Of a DNA stretch of 64,000 nt, positions 17,700-27,418 are shown in pieces. The notes below the pieces were generated by a model, which was given only the letters and a program-made list of their open reading frames with translations, was not told the DNA's origin and made no database searches. Made by a program: the position numbers and the translations under genes. The DNA comes from a virus: IMG/VR virus record IMGVR_UViG_3300031688_001339, one strand, 5' to 3'. Every line of letters starts with the position of its first letter. The first letter of the stretch is position 1.

Positions 17700-17924
17700 A
17701 TGAGTAATTTTGATAATCACGACAAAGATAACGATCACGATAGATCGTATGAAAATGAATCTACAAGAGATACAACACCTATGGTTTCTATATCATTAAG
17801 AGAATATGATAAGTTAAAATCAGGAAGTGCTTTCATCACAGACAAAGCAACGATTGATATTATAGATAATCTTGAAAGACTCGTTAGAGCATTAAGAAAA
17901 CATATAGTTAGATCAGAGATTTAA
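17700..17924 (+). CDS. hypothetical protein
   Basis: 74-aa ORF at the end of the operon. Confidence 0.65.
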   Translation: MSNFDNHDKDNDHDRSYENESTRDTTPMVSISLREYDKLKSGSAFITDKATIDIIDNLERLVRALRKHIVRSEI

Positions 17925-18188
17925 TTATCTGTGATATACGGCAAACGTTGTCGCCATGTTCATATGACAAAATGATTGTGGTCTTTTATAGAATTGAGTA
18001 GAGTTTCCTCTATATCTATATCTAATAGGTTTAGCATTTTTATGTGCCGATACTTCTTTAAAGTATTTTAAATACTTCATTGGTATGCCGGCAGCTATAC
18101 ATCTACTATCGCTTTTCCATGGATCCAACATATGTTTGATTAACACAGAATTTACAATTTTATTAAATACTCTTTGTCTTCTATTCAT
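17925..18188 (-). CDS. hypothetical early protein
   Basis: Likely start MNRRQR after GAGGA; RYRYRG motif. Confidence 0.6.
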   Translation of the reverse strand: MNRRQRVFNKIVNSVLIKHMLDPWKSDSRCIAAGIPMKYLKYFKEVSAHKNAKPIRYRYRGNSTQFYKRPQSFCHMNMATTFAVYHR

Positions 18189-18190
18189 AA

Positions 18191-18541
18191 TTATCCTCTC
18201 AAATATTCGGGACCAGTCCATCTAATAGAATAGCCTCCAGTTAGTACATTGCCTCTAGCTTTGTTTAATGCAGGAGCATTAAAACCAGCCGCCTTTAATA
18301 CGTCACCTTTTTTAAAGTGTTTAAAGTCTTCTTTAACAATAAAAGCAAACACTCCGTTTTCTTGTACAACTTTAATGTACTTCTTACCTTGTGTTACTTT
18401 AGTTTTACTGTCCCATTCTTCTAATTGTCTTTTTCCGTAATCAGAACCTTTTCCCCAATTAGCATAATCATGTTTGGCACCAGCCATCATGTTCTTAATA
18501 CCTTCGTCTAAAGTTTCTGCTGTTTTATCTACTATACTCAT
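18191..18541 (-). CDS. conserved hypothetical phage protein
   Basis: GKKYIKV...V.AF....GD.LKAA...APA...ARGN motif typical of small phage early proteins. Confidence 0.75.
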   Translation of the reverse strand: MSIVDKTAETLDEGIKNMMAGAKHDYANWGKGSDYGKRQLEEWDSKTKVTQGKKYIKVVQENGVFAFIVKEDFKHFKKGDVLKAAGFNAPALNKARGNVLTGGYSIRWTGPEYLRG

Positions 18542-18888
18542 TATATTCCTACTCCTTCATGTCTAAAATCTACGATTGGGTGAAAATCATAAGCGTATTC
18601 ATTATCAGGTAATGTACCTGACATTTGAACATGACAATCATTTTTCTTTTTATTATCAAAGAAAGTCTGTAAAGTTTTCTTTAGATTATTTGCCATCTGT
18701 TCATGTATTGAAACACCAAACTTTGCAAATAAAGTACCACACATGATAGTACAATCAGTAGCGCTTTCTTCTAATGCAAGTTTCATTATGTCTTTTCTCA
18801 ATTGAATAGACTTGTTTTTATAATCAGCCATTTCTTGACCTTTTTCTTCTTGTATTCTTAACTCGTTATACATTTCTGGTGTAATCAT
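18541..18888 (-). CDS. hypothetical early protein
   Basis: 115 aa; TAATG coupling. Confidence 0.7.
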   Translation of the reverse strand: MITPEMYNELRIQEEKGQEMADYKNKSIQLRKDIMKLALEESATDCTIMCGTLFAKFGVSIHEQMANNLKKTLQTFFDNKKKNDCHVQMSGTLPDNEYAYDFHPIVDFRHEGVGI

Positions 18889-19073
18889 TATTTTTGCTCC
18901 TTATAAAGTTCTTGTGAGTACAAAGAAAGTATAAACATTGTTATACCAAGCATTGCAAGAGCACCAGCACCAATCCACTGATCAGTTTCAACAGCACCTG
19001 CTGAACCAACTAATGCAAGAGTACCAATAATAGCACAAACTATTGTTGTAAATTCAATTAACTTTTTTTTCAT
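18888..19073 (-). CDS. small 2-TM membrane protein
   Basis: Start MKKKLIEF after AAGGA; two hydrophobic helices. Confidence 0.65.
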   Translation of the reverse strand: MKKKLIEFTTIVCAIIGTLALVGSAGAVETDQWIGAGALAMLGITMFILSLYSQELYKEQK

Positions 19074-19117
19074 AGTGTTTCCTTTTGTTATAGTGTTTTT
19101 TTTCATATTACTCGTCC

Positions 19118-19146
19118 ATCCTATAACATAAATACAGCAAAGTCAA
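19118..19146 (-). promoter_or_regulatory. sigma70-type early promoter for the minus-strand cassette
   Basis: TTGACT-17 nt-TAGGAT with an upstream A/T-tract UP-like element. Confidence 0.7.
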
Positions 19147-19164
19147 GAAAAAAAAGCATAAAAT

Positions 19165-19344
19165 ATGAAAATAATTCAAATAATTGTGATTTGTTCTCTT
19201 TTTGTACTGGTTTCTTGTACTAGAAGTGTTACGGATTGCAAAATTAAGGCAGATTTAGAAAAAATAGGCGAATCAGCGTTAAAAAATAAAGAAAACTTAT
19301 CTGAAACTGAATTGCGACAAGCTCAAATGTCGTGTAATTTTTAA
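19165..19344 (+). CDS. small lipoprotein (59 aa, not in ORF track)
   Basis: MKIIQIIVICSLFVLVS-C lipobox-like signal; ends QMSCNF. Confidence 0.6.
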   Translation: MKIIQIIVICSLFVLVSCTRSVTDCKIKADLEKIGESALKNKENLSETELRQAQMSCNF

Positions 19345-19358
19345 GGATAAATAATATT

Positions 19359-19517
19359 ATGATCAATTGTCAAAATTGTGGATATAAATGTCATTGTGGA
19401 GAAAAAAAGTACATAAATTATGGAGAAAAGAAAAAAACTGAAGTTTGTACTAATTGCCGACACAACGAATCAGACGATTCTTGGAAAGATCAAGTAAAAT
19501 ATGATAATACTAATTAA
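19359..19517 (+). CDS. small Cys-rich metal-binding protein (52 aa, not in ORF track)
   Basis: MINCQNCGYKCHCG...VCTNCRH; 5 nt after the late-like GATAAATA. Confidence 0.65.
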   Translation: MINCQNCGYKCHCGEKKYINYGEKKKTEVCTNCRHNESDDSWKDQVKYDNTN

Positions 19518-19529
19518 TGGAGTTATAAA

Positions 19530-19787
19530 ATGAAGAAAATGAGAATATTTAAGTTTTGGAATGAAGCAGGTGACGAAAAAGAGAAAGAAGCTATGAGTTT
19601 GAAGAAGGCAGTTATCTCTGTACAAGGTGATTTTAAAGATAAATTCATCGGTGTTGAATATATGAGTAAAAAAGGCAAACAAATTACTGATTCCGTAAAA
19701 ATACCTATGGGTAGAAAAATAAGACAAGCGGCAATCATAGAAAAAAAGAAAGCAGCTGCAAAAGCAGCAAAAGAATTGGGAAAATAA
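19530..19787 (+). CDS. hypothetical basic protein
   Basis: SD GGAG; coupled to the PAAR gene. Confidence 0.7.
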   Translation: MKKMRIFKFWNEAGDEKEKEAMSLKKAVISVQGDFKDKFIGVEYMSKKGKQITDSVKIPMGRKIRQAAIIEKKKAAAKAAKELGK

Positions 19788-20086
19788 TGCCAGCAATCAG
19801 TAGACAAGGCGACAGTTTGAGTACAGGACACATTTGTGTTGGTACAACGACTTTAAATACGCCTGGTCAAAGTACTGTTAAGGCAAATAGTATCTTAATA
19901 GCGAGAGTGGGTGACCCGACGGTCTCCCACCCATTCCCACCAGCACCACCTTGCGCTCCTCATGTTGCAGTAGTCAATGTAGGCAGTTCAACAGTAAGAG
20001 TTTGTGGCATACCGGTTGCACGTATTGGTGACAGTACAGACGCTGGAGCAATGACTTCAGGTTCTTCAAATATATTCGCCGGTTGA
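19787..20086 (+). CDS. gp5.4: PAAR spike-tip protein (gp5.4)
   Basis: MPAISRQGD..STGH.C, ARVGD, PVARIGD, GS.NIFAG. Confidence 0.92.
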   Translation: MPAISRQGDSLSTGHICVGTTTLNTPGQSTVKANSILIARVGDPTVSHPFPPAPPCAPHVAVVNVGSSTVRVCGIPVARIGDSTDAGAMTSGSSNIFAG

Positions 20087-20088
20087 CG

Positions 20089-20096
20089 TATAAATA
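20089..20096 (+). promoter_or_regulatory. T4-type late promoter
   Basis: TATAAATA upstream of gp25. Confidence 0.7.
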
Positions 20097-20105
20097 TATG
20101 GTGTA

Positions 20106-20531
20106 ATGCCAAACTTTGATAGTAGTAATACAAACAACAGTAAACGAAAGAATAGAATCTATACAGATTTAGATTTGAATTTCGGTCGTAATACAGTTAC
20201 AAGTGATGTTAATAAATTGACAGATGTAGAGGCCGTTAAAAGAAGTGTTAGAAATTTAATCAATACTTCTCACTTTGAAAGACCTTTTCATCCAGAGATT
20301 GGTAGTGATGTAAGAAGAATGTTATTTGAACCAATGACACCTCTAACAGCATTAAATTTACAAAGAAAAGTTGGCGAAGTATTAAATAATTTTGAACCAA
20401 GAATTAAATTAGTTCAAATTTTAGCTAGACCAGATTTAGACAGAAATAGTTATCACTTAACAATTATGTTTTATGTAATAGGTGTTTCTGAACCAGTAAC
20501 AGTAGAAACTTTTTTAGAGAGAACAAGATAA
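20106..20531 (+). CDS. gp25: baseplate wedge subunit gp25
   Basis: YTDLDLNF, AVKRSVRNLI.T...ERPF.PEIGS, FEPRI. Confidence 0.95.
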   Translation: MPNFDSSNTNNSKRKNRIYTDLDLNFGRNTVTSDVNKLTDVEAVKRSVRNLINTSHFERPFHPEIGSDVRRMLFEPMTPLTALNLQRKVGEVLNNFEPRIKLVQILARPDLDRNSYHLTIMFYVIGVSEPVTVETFLERTR

Positions 20532-20532
20532 A

Positions 20533-22374
20533 ATGGCAAGTAACAAATTAATAGTATCTGATTTTGACTTTGATAACATAAAATCAAACTTAAAAACATT
20601 TTTACAAAATCAACCAGAATTTTCAGACTATAATTTTGAAGGATCAGGCTTTGCCGTTCTTTTGGATACATTAGCATACAATACACACTATCTTGGCTTC
20701 AATGCTAACATGTTAGTTAATGAAGTTTATCTAGACAGTGCAGACGTAAGAAAAAATATAGTTTCATTAGCAAAGGCATTAGGTTATACACCATCATCAG
20801 CTAGAGCTTCAACAGCAAGTGTTGACATAACAATAAACAATGCTTCAGGTTCAAGTATCTTGATGAACAAAGGAACAACTTTCACAACAAGTGTAGATGG
20901 AACAGGATTTAATTTTTGTACTAATGAAGATATTACAATTACACCATCAAACGGTGTTTACAAATTTTCAAAAGTAAATATATACGAAGGTACTTTAGTT
21001 ACTTTCAAATATACAGTTGACAGTACAGATGTTGATCAAAAGTTTGTAATACAAAATGTTAATGCTGATACATCTACTTTAAAAGTAACAGTACAAAATT
21101 CATTATCAGATTCAACTGTAAACACTTATTCAGGCGCTACAGGTTTAAGAAACTTAAATCACTTATCTAAAGTTTACTTCACACAAGAAACAGATACAGG
21201 TAGATTTCAAGTTTACTTCGGTGATGATGTAATAGGTAATAAATTAGAAGATGGTAACATAGTTACTTTAGAATATATCGTTACGAACAAAACAGAGGCT
21301 AATGGCGCTAAGTCATTTGAGTTAGGTTCTACTATCGGTAGTTTTTCAAACGTAACTATAACAACTAAATCAAGTGCTCAAGGTGGTGCAGAACCTGAAA
21401 CTAAAGAGTCAATTAGATTTAATGCTCCATTACAATACACAGCACAAGACAGAGCAGTTACAGCTACAGACTATGAAACAATTGTTAGATCAATTTATCC
21501 TAATGCATTATCTATTAGTGCTTGGGGTGGAGAAGATGATGAAACACCGGTTTATGGTGTAGTAAAAATTTCTATCAAGGCTGCTTCGGGTTCAACATTA
21601 ACTGATAGTACTAAAGCGTCTATTATAAAATCTTTAATACCTTATAACGTTGCTTCAGTTAGACCAGAAATTATTGATCCAGAAATAACATCTATTCTGT
21701 TAACAACTAATGCTAAGTATGATAAGAAAAGTACAAGTAAATCACTTGATACCTTAAAGTCAGAAATCACTACTGCTATTACAAATTACAACACTTCAAC
21801 TTTACAAAAGTTTGATGGTGTCTTTAGATTTTCTAAATTAACAGGTCTAGTAGACAGTGTAGATAAAAGCATACTATCTAACATCACAACAGTTAAAATG
21901 AGAAAGAATTTTACACCTACTATTGCGGCTTCAACAAAATACGATATGTACTTTAGAAATGCAATACATAATCCACATTCTGGTCATACATCAATACTTT
22001 CATCTACTGGATTTAAAGTTACAGGCAGTGATAATGAAATGTTTTTAGATGATGATAGTTACGGTAACGTTAGAAGATATTATCTAGTAAGTGGTGTTAA
22101 AACTTATGCTAATGCAACACAAGGTATAGTTAATTACAAAACAGGTCAAGTAACAATCAATTCTTTGAACGTTGCTTCAATATCTAATATTAGAAATGCA
22201 GTATCTAACGTTATTGAGATTACGGTATCGCCTAGTTCAAACGATATAGTGCCAGTTAGAAATCAAGTAATAGAAATAGACATAGCAAACTCAAATATAA
22301 CTGTAGAACAAGATACATTTGTTGGTGGTTCAGCAGAAGCTGGTGTAGGCTATACAACTACAACAAGTTACTAA
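20533..22374 (+). CDS. gp6: baseplate wedge subunit gp6
   Basis: DFDNIK.NLK.FL..Q.EF.DYNFEGS, LAYNTHY, FGD..IG, AQDRAVTA.DY. Confidence 0.95.
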   Translation: MASNKLIVSDFDFDNIKSNLKTFLQNQPEFSDYNFEGSGFAVLLDTLAYNTHYLGFNANMLVNEVYLDSADVRKNIVSLAKALGYTPSSARASTASVDITINNASGSSILMNKGTTFTTSVDGTGFNFCTNEDITITPSNGVYKFSKVNIYEGTLVTFKYTVDSTDVDQKFVIQNVNADTSTLKVTVQNSLSDSTVNTYSGATGLRNLNHLSKVYFTQETDTGRFQVYFGDDVIGNKLEDGNIVTLEYIVTNKTEANGAKSFELGSTIGSFSNVTITTKSSAQGGAEPETKESIRFNAPLQYTAQDRAVTATDYETIVRSIYPNALSISAWGGEDDETPVYGVVKISIKAASGSTLTDSTKASIIKSLIPYNVASVRPEIIDPEITSILLTTNAKYDKKSTSKSLDTLKSEITTAITNYNTSTLQKFDGVFRFSKLTGLVDSVDKSILSNITTVKMRKNFTPTIAASTKYDMYFRNAIHNPHSGHTSILSSTGFKVTGSDNEMFLDDDSYGNVRRYYLVSGVKTYANATQGIVNYKTGQVTINSLNVASISNIRNAVSNVIEITVSPSSNDIVPVRNQVIEIDIANSNITVEQDTFVGGSAEAGVGYTTTTSY

Positions 22375-22381
22375 TTAAACA

Positions 22382-24958
22382 ATGGCTAAATTTGATAATA
22401 AAATATCCAATTTAATACCAACTCAATTACCAGATTTTGTAGTTGATGATCACCCTAAATTCGTAGAATTTTTAAAAACATACTATCAATTTATGGAAGC
22501 TGCAGAATTGCAGGTAACTTCAATTCAAACTACAGAGGGAATAACTTTAGAAAATCAAACAGGCACAAAATCTAATTTAACACTAGACGCCGGTTCTCTT
22601 GGTTCAGAAAATACTCAATTAGATATAAATGATAAGATATTACTAGAAGAAAGTACTTTTGGTAAGTTTACATACAATGAAACTATAACAGGACAAAATT
22701 CTAAAGCGACAGCAACAATTTTAGCTGAAGATTTAGATTCAAATAGACTATTCATAACATCACAAGACAAATTTGAAGTGGGAGAAACTATTTTAGGCAA
22801 TTTGTCAAATGCAAGTGCAGTTGTTAATCTTTACAGACCTAATCCTGTTCAAACTATTCAACAATTAACAAATTTTAAGGATCCTGACAAAGTAATCTCT
22901 AATTTCTTAAATAATTTTAGAAATGAGTTTTTTAAAACTATTCCAGAGAACTTAGCTAAAGGAATAGACAAAAGAAACCTAATTAAAAATATTAAATCGT
23001 TATATACTTTAAAAGGCACTCAAAAAGGGCACGAACTGTTTTTTAGAATACTATTTAACGATACATCTGAAACTTTTTACCCTAGAGAGCAGATGTTAAA
23101 AGTATCTGACGGTAATTACGACACAAAAACAGTAATGAGAATAATTGCTAGTCAAGGTGATACATTAAAATTAATAGGAAGAACAATTACAGGTAAAACT
23201 TCTAAAGCAACAGCAATAGTAGAAAATGTATCAAAATTTTATATAGGTAGCAGTGAAGTTTCTGAAATAACTGTAAACAAAGATAGTATCGTAGGTACTT
23301 TTGTTGTAGAAGAAGATATACAAGGTACAGCAACTGATACAGACGATTACTTTATAATTGCAACAGTAACCGGAGTACCAGGAAATAAAACAATTACTAA
23401 TGATGGTAATCTTTATACTACAGAGGATCAAGTTACAGTTTCAGGTGGTGGTCAACAAGCTTCGTTTCAAATCAATAATGTTGGTTCAGGTAAAGTAACT
23501 GAAACAGTTGTAGACACAGGTGGTTCAGGATATGTAATTGGAGATACTTTAAGTTTCAATAATACTAATACAAATGGTGCAGGCGCCACAGCTGTTGTTA
23601 CAATTGTAAATGGTGGTATTACAGGAGATACTACTGAACACATTATACTAGAAGATGAAACATGCTCTGGTGACTATATTTCAGGAGATAAATTTGTACA
23701 AGAAACTAACACAGGCACAGGAGATATTACAGACATTTATTTAATAAGTGGTGGTGACGGATATAAATCTTTACCTACAGTTGTAGTAACATCTACTGCC
23801 GGTACAGGTGCAAAAGTATTATCTTATGGAACAGACATAGGTAAAATTTTAGGAATAGAAACATCAAATTTAGGTATAGAGTATGAAAAATCTCCATCAC
23901 CTACATTATCATTTGTACAAAATTTATTTGTAACAGGTGTTACAGGTTCTTTCACTGCTAATACTATTGTAACCGGTGGTACATCGGGTGCTACGGGTAC
24001 TGTTACTAGTTGGAATACAAATACTAATTTATTAAAACTAAAAACAGTTTCAGGATCTTTTCAACTAAATGAATCATTATCAGCAAGTGGTGGTAGTGCA
24101 ACTTTAAACAGATTAGATATACCAACAACAAGTGTATCAGTTGTTTCTGTGGTAGATACAGATGGTAAATTTATTGATGAAAAAGGATTTGTTTCAGAAA
24201 ATACTATGAAAGTACAAGATAGTTTATACTATCAAGATTTTTCTTATGTATTAAAAGTAGGTAACTCAATTAATTTATGGAGAGACGCATTTAAAAAAAC
24301 AATGCATACTTCAGGTTTTTATTTTACAGGACAAGTTGATATAGAAAACAGATTGAATATGAGAGTTAAAATTGCAGAGGCAATAAACACTGGTGTAATT
24401 GGCGAACCAATAATTTCAATGATGAAATTAATATTTGAAACTGTATTTGGTAGAAGAACAGGAACAGTTGATGATGGTTCAAATTTGTCTGCTCAACCTC
24501 AACAGCCTAATCCAAATAACTCTAGAGACGTAACTTTAACAAGAGCGCCTATAGCTATTAAATTAAATTTAAGATTAAGAAGAAAAGTTGGAACAGGCGT
24601 GACTATAAATCAAGGATTTGCATATTGTGGTCCTAGATTTGCTTCAATAAACAAGTGGGCTAATACAGCATATGGTGTTACAGGTAATAGATCAGGTGGT
24701 ATTAATGGTACAACAGGTATTACTTTTGATAGATTAAATGAATTAAAGGTTACAGGTACTAGATCAAGTTTAGATGGCACAACAGCAATATTTAATATGA
24801 TAAGTGGAAACAACGCAAACGAAGATGATTTTGGTTTCATGTTAAAGACCAACTTCGCTTTTCCAACAGATATTACGTTCCCAGGTGAAGAATCGTTCAG
24901 TGGTAATACTTTGAAATATGATTCAACAAACAAAAAATTTGACAAAACAACTGTATAA
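22382..24958 (+). CDS. gp7: baseplate wedge initiator gp7-like
   Basis: QLPDFV..DHPKF..FL..YY, IK.I..LY..KGT, QDS.YYQDFSY; lies between gp6 and gp8. Confidence 0.8.
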   Translation: MAKFDNKISNLIPTQLPDFVVDDHPKFVEFLKTYYQFMEAAELQVTSIQTTEGITLENQTGTKSNLTLDAGSLGSENTQLDINDKILLEESTFGKFTYNETITGQNSKATATILAEDLDSNRLFITSQDKFEVGETILGNLSNASAVVNLYRPNPVQTIQQLTNFKDPDKVISNFLNNFRNEFFKTIPENLAKGIDKRNLIKNIKSLYTLKGTQKGHELFFRILFNDTSETFYPREQMLKVSDGNYDTKTVMRIIASQGDTLKLIGRTITGKTSKATAIVENVSKFYIGSSEVSEITVNKDSIVGTFVVEEDIQGTATDTDDYFIIATVTGVPGNKTITNDGNLYTTEDQVTVSGGGQQASFQINNVGSGKVTETVVDTGGSGYVIGDTLSFNNTNTNGAGATAVVTIVNGGITGDTTEHIILEDETCSGDYISGDKFVQETNTGTGDITDIYLISGGDGYKSLPTVVVTSTAGTGAKVLSYGTDIGKILGIETSNLGIEYEKSPSPTLSFVQNLFVTGVTGSFTANTIVTGGTSGATGTVTSWNTNTNLLKLKTVSGSFQLNESLSASGGSATLNRLDIPTTSVSVVSVVDTDGKFIDEKGFVSENTMKVQDSLYYQDFSYVLKVGNSINLWRDAFKKTMHTSGFYFTGQVDIENRLNMRVKIAEAINTGVIGEPIISMMKLIFETVFGRRTGTVDDGSNLSAQPQQPNPNNSRDVTLTRAPIAIKLNLRLRRKVGTGVTINQGFAYCGPRFASINKWANTAYGVTGNRSGGINGTTGITFDRLNELKVTGTRSSLDGTTAIFNMISGNNANEDDFGFMLKTNFAFPTDITFPGEESFSGNTLKYDSTNKKFDKTTV

Positions 24959-24973
24959 ATATAACTATAAATA
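24954..24973 (+). promoter_or_regulatory. tandem T4-type late promoters
   Basis: TATAAATA at 24954 and 24966. Confidence 0.7.
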
Positions 24974-24982
24974 GAGATAGAA

Positions 24983-25909
24983 ATGACAAAACAAACAATA
25001 GCAATAGGTTCAACTCCAAATGACGGCACAGGTTCTACTATCAGAGCTGGTGGTGACTTAATCAACGATAACTTTACCGAAATCTATACTGCTTTCGGAG
25101 ATGGTACTACTTTAAATTCTGGTGTAATTACCGGCAAACAAGAAGGATCAAATTTCGCAAACTCTTTAATGATCGGTCACTCGGTGACAGGTACTTTGAG
25201 TTCAGCACAAGAAAACGTTGCCGTTGGTAAAACATCTTTAAGATCAATTACTTCAGGAGATGATAATACTGCCTTGGGTTTTGCAGCTTTACAATCAGTT
25301 ACTTCTACATCAAAAAGCACAGCCATAGGACACTCAGCAGGTAAAGACGCAACAGGAGAAAAAAATACTGTTATAGGTGCAAATGCAGGTGTTAGAGTAT
25401 CTTCAGGACAACACAATACTTTTGTAGGTTACAATGCAGGTCAAACTGTAGAAACTGGATCAGGTAATGTTATTATAGGAAATGCCGGTGGTAATGCAGC
25501 TGCTTCAACTAGAGCAATGATAATTGCAGGATCAGATGGTTCTACTTTGACGACTTGGTTAGAAGGAGATAGTACAGGCGAGGTTACAGTATTTGGTAAC
25601 CCAACAAAAAATTTAGGTATTGCAACAAAACAATACGTTGACACTCAACTTGCTAGTGAAAATGAGATAAATGAAATGAACGATGTCACTTTAACAAGTG
25701 TTACAAGTGGTGATATTTTACAGTGGAACGGTAGTCAATTTGTCAATATAGCTTTAGGTACAATAGGTACTATGGCTGCTCAAAATTCAAACAATGTTAA
25801 TATTTCTGGTGGTTCTATTACTATGGGATCTCTATCTAATACGTCAAGTGTATTAATAAAAAATTCTAGTGGTACTACATTAAAAACAATTATTGGAACA
25901 ACTTCGTAG
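24983..25909 (+). CDS. baseplate-attached fibre/adhesin-like protein
   Basis: gp9/gp10-like N-terminus (KQTI.IG..PNDGTG..IR.G...IN.NF.EIY), NxAxG beta-roll repeats, ATKQYVD, IKNSSGTTLKT C-terminus. Confidence 0.7.
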   Translation: MTKQTIAIGSTPNDGTGSTIRAGGDLINDNFTEIYTAFGDGTTLNSGVITGKQEGSNFANSLMIGHSVTGTLSSAQENVAVGKTSLRSITSGDDNTALGFAALQSVTSTSKSTAIGHSAGKDATGEKNTVIGANAGVRVSSGQHNTFVGYNAGQTVETGSGNVIIGNAGGNAAASTRAMIIAGSDGSTLTTWLEGDSTGEVTVFGNPTKNLGIATKQYVDTQLASENEINEMNDVTLTSVTSGDILQWNGSQFVNIALGTIGTMAAQNSNNVNISGGSITMGSLSNTSSVLIKNSSGTTLKTIIGTTS

Positions 25910-25917
25910 GAAAGTAT

Positions 25918-25925
25918 TATAAATA
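25918..25925 (+). promoter_or_regulatory. T4-type late promoter
   Basis: TATAAATA followed by SD GGAG. Confidence 0.7.
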
Positions 25926-25937
25926 GGAGTATCAATT

Positions 25938-27407
25938 ATGCCAGCGATTATAACAACAAAATTCAGAATAAACAACAGTGAACAGTTTCACGAATCTTTT
26001 ACGGAAGCTTCTCCAAATGTTTATTACCTAGGTCTAGCAAGACCACAAGCTTTCGGCACATCTACAAGAGGTGATGGTCGTACAGATTACGAAGGAACAG
26101 ACTCAGCACCAATTATACCAGGTGATACCGTTGTTGCAGAGTTCAATACTTTTGATGATCTATTAGCTGCTAAAAAAATTACAAGTTCAGATATTAGTTT
26201 TGCAGTACCAAGAAGAAATTGGGCAACTGGAACAACATACGATATTTACAGACACGACTATGGAGAATATATTACAGGTAGTACATCTTTAAGAAATACT
26301 GCTAATGGTGGTGCAACAACTTTACATGACGCTAATTTTTACGTACTAACTACAGACAGAAATATTTACAAGTGTATTGACAACGATGGTAACACGGCTT
26401 CTTCAACAGAACCAACTGGTACAAGTTCTAGTGTCATAACAACTGCTGATGGTTACAAATGGAAATATATGTCTACTATGTCAGCGGCTCAACAATCAAA
26501 TTTCTTATCAACAGACTTTATGGGACTTTCAACTAACACAACTGTTAGTTCAGCTGCTGTAGACGGATCAATTGACTGTATAAAAGTTAAAACTGCCGGT
26601 TCAGGTGGTGCAGATGGTTCTCATTCAGTAACAATCAAAGGTGACGGATCAAGTGCAGTTGCTAATGTTATAGTATCAGGTGGTACTATTACTTCGGTAG
26701 TTATGACTAACGTAGGATCAGGTTATACTTTTGGTACAGTTTCAAATGCAGAAATAGTATCTGCTGGGGCAACAAGTTTAGTTGGTGCAGAATTAGACGT
26801 GATTATTTCTCCAAAAGGTGGTCATGGTTTTAATGCAATAGAAGAATTAGGTGGTTTCTTTGTAATGTTAAACGTAAATTTAGAAGGATCAGAATCAGCA
26901 AACTCTGGAGATTTCCACGCTGGTAACGACTTTAGAAAAATTTGTTTAATCAGAGATCCAAAAGCTTCAGGTTCAGCTGCAAGTACTACAACATTAAGAG
27001 GTACTAAAGCAGTAAGACTAGCAGCTAGTCCAACTCCAGGTACTTTTACAGTTGATGAAGAAATAAATCAATCAACTACAGGTGCTGTTGGTAAAGTCGT
27101 AGAATGGGACGCAACAAACAGAATTTTATACTACATTCAATCAAGACACAATGACGCCGGCGTTGACAGTAATGGTAACTTGACAGCTATTTCTAGTACT
27201 CACGTAATCACAGGTCAAACGTCTTCAGCAACAGGAACACCAGACACAGGAGTTTCGGCAACGGTTAACAATGTTGTATTTTCAAGTGGGTATTCTGCTT
27301 CTGAAATAGATCATGACTCTGGCGATGTATTGTACATAGAAAACAGAGCACCTATTCAAAGAGCAACAGACCAAACAGAAAATATTAAACTAGTTATTGA
27401 GTTTTAA
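25938..27407 (+). CDS. gp8: baseplate wedge subunit gp8
   Basis: AIIT..FR..N, PR.NW..GT.YD.Y, YKC.DN, DGY.WKYM, GHG, YIENR.PI.R..DQ.E.IKLVIEF. Confidence 0.9.
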   Translation: MPAIITTKFRINNSEQFHESFTEASPNVYYLGLARPQAFGTSTRGDGRTDYEGTDSAPIIPGDTVVAEFNTFDDLLAAKKITSSDISFAVPRRNWATGTTYDIYRHDYGEYITGSTSLRNTANGGATTLHDANFYVLTTDRNIYKCIDNDGNTASSTEPTGTSSSVITTADGYKWKYMSTMSAAQQSNFLSTDFMGLSTNTTVSSAAVDGSIDCIKVKTAGSGGADGSHSVTIKGDGSSAVANVIVSGGTITSVVMTNVGSGYTFGTVSNAEIVSAGATSLVGAELDVIISPKGGHGFNAIEELGGFFVMLNVNLEGSESANSGDFHAGNDFRKICLIRDPKASGSAASTTTLRGTKAVRLAASPTPGTFTVDEEINQSTTGAVGKVVEWDATNRILYYIQSRHNDAGVDSNGNLTAISSTHVITGQTSSATGTPDTGVSATVNNVVFSSGYSASEIDHDSGDVLYIENRAPIQRATDQTENIKLVIEF

Positions 27408-27418
27408 AGGGAGATATT

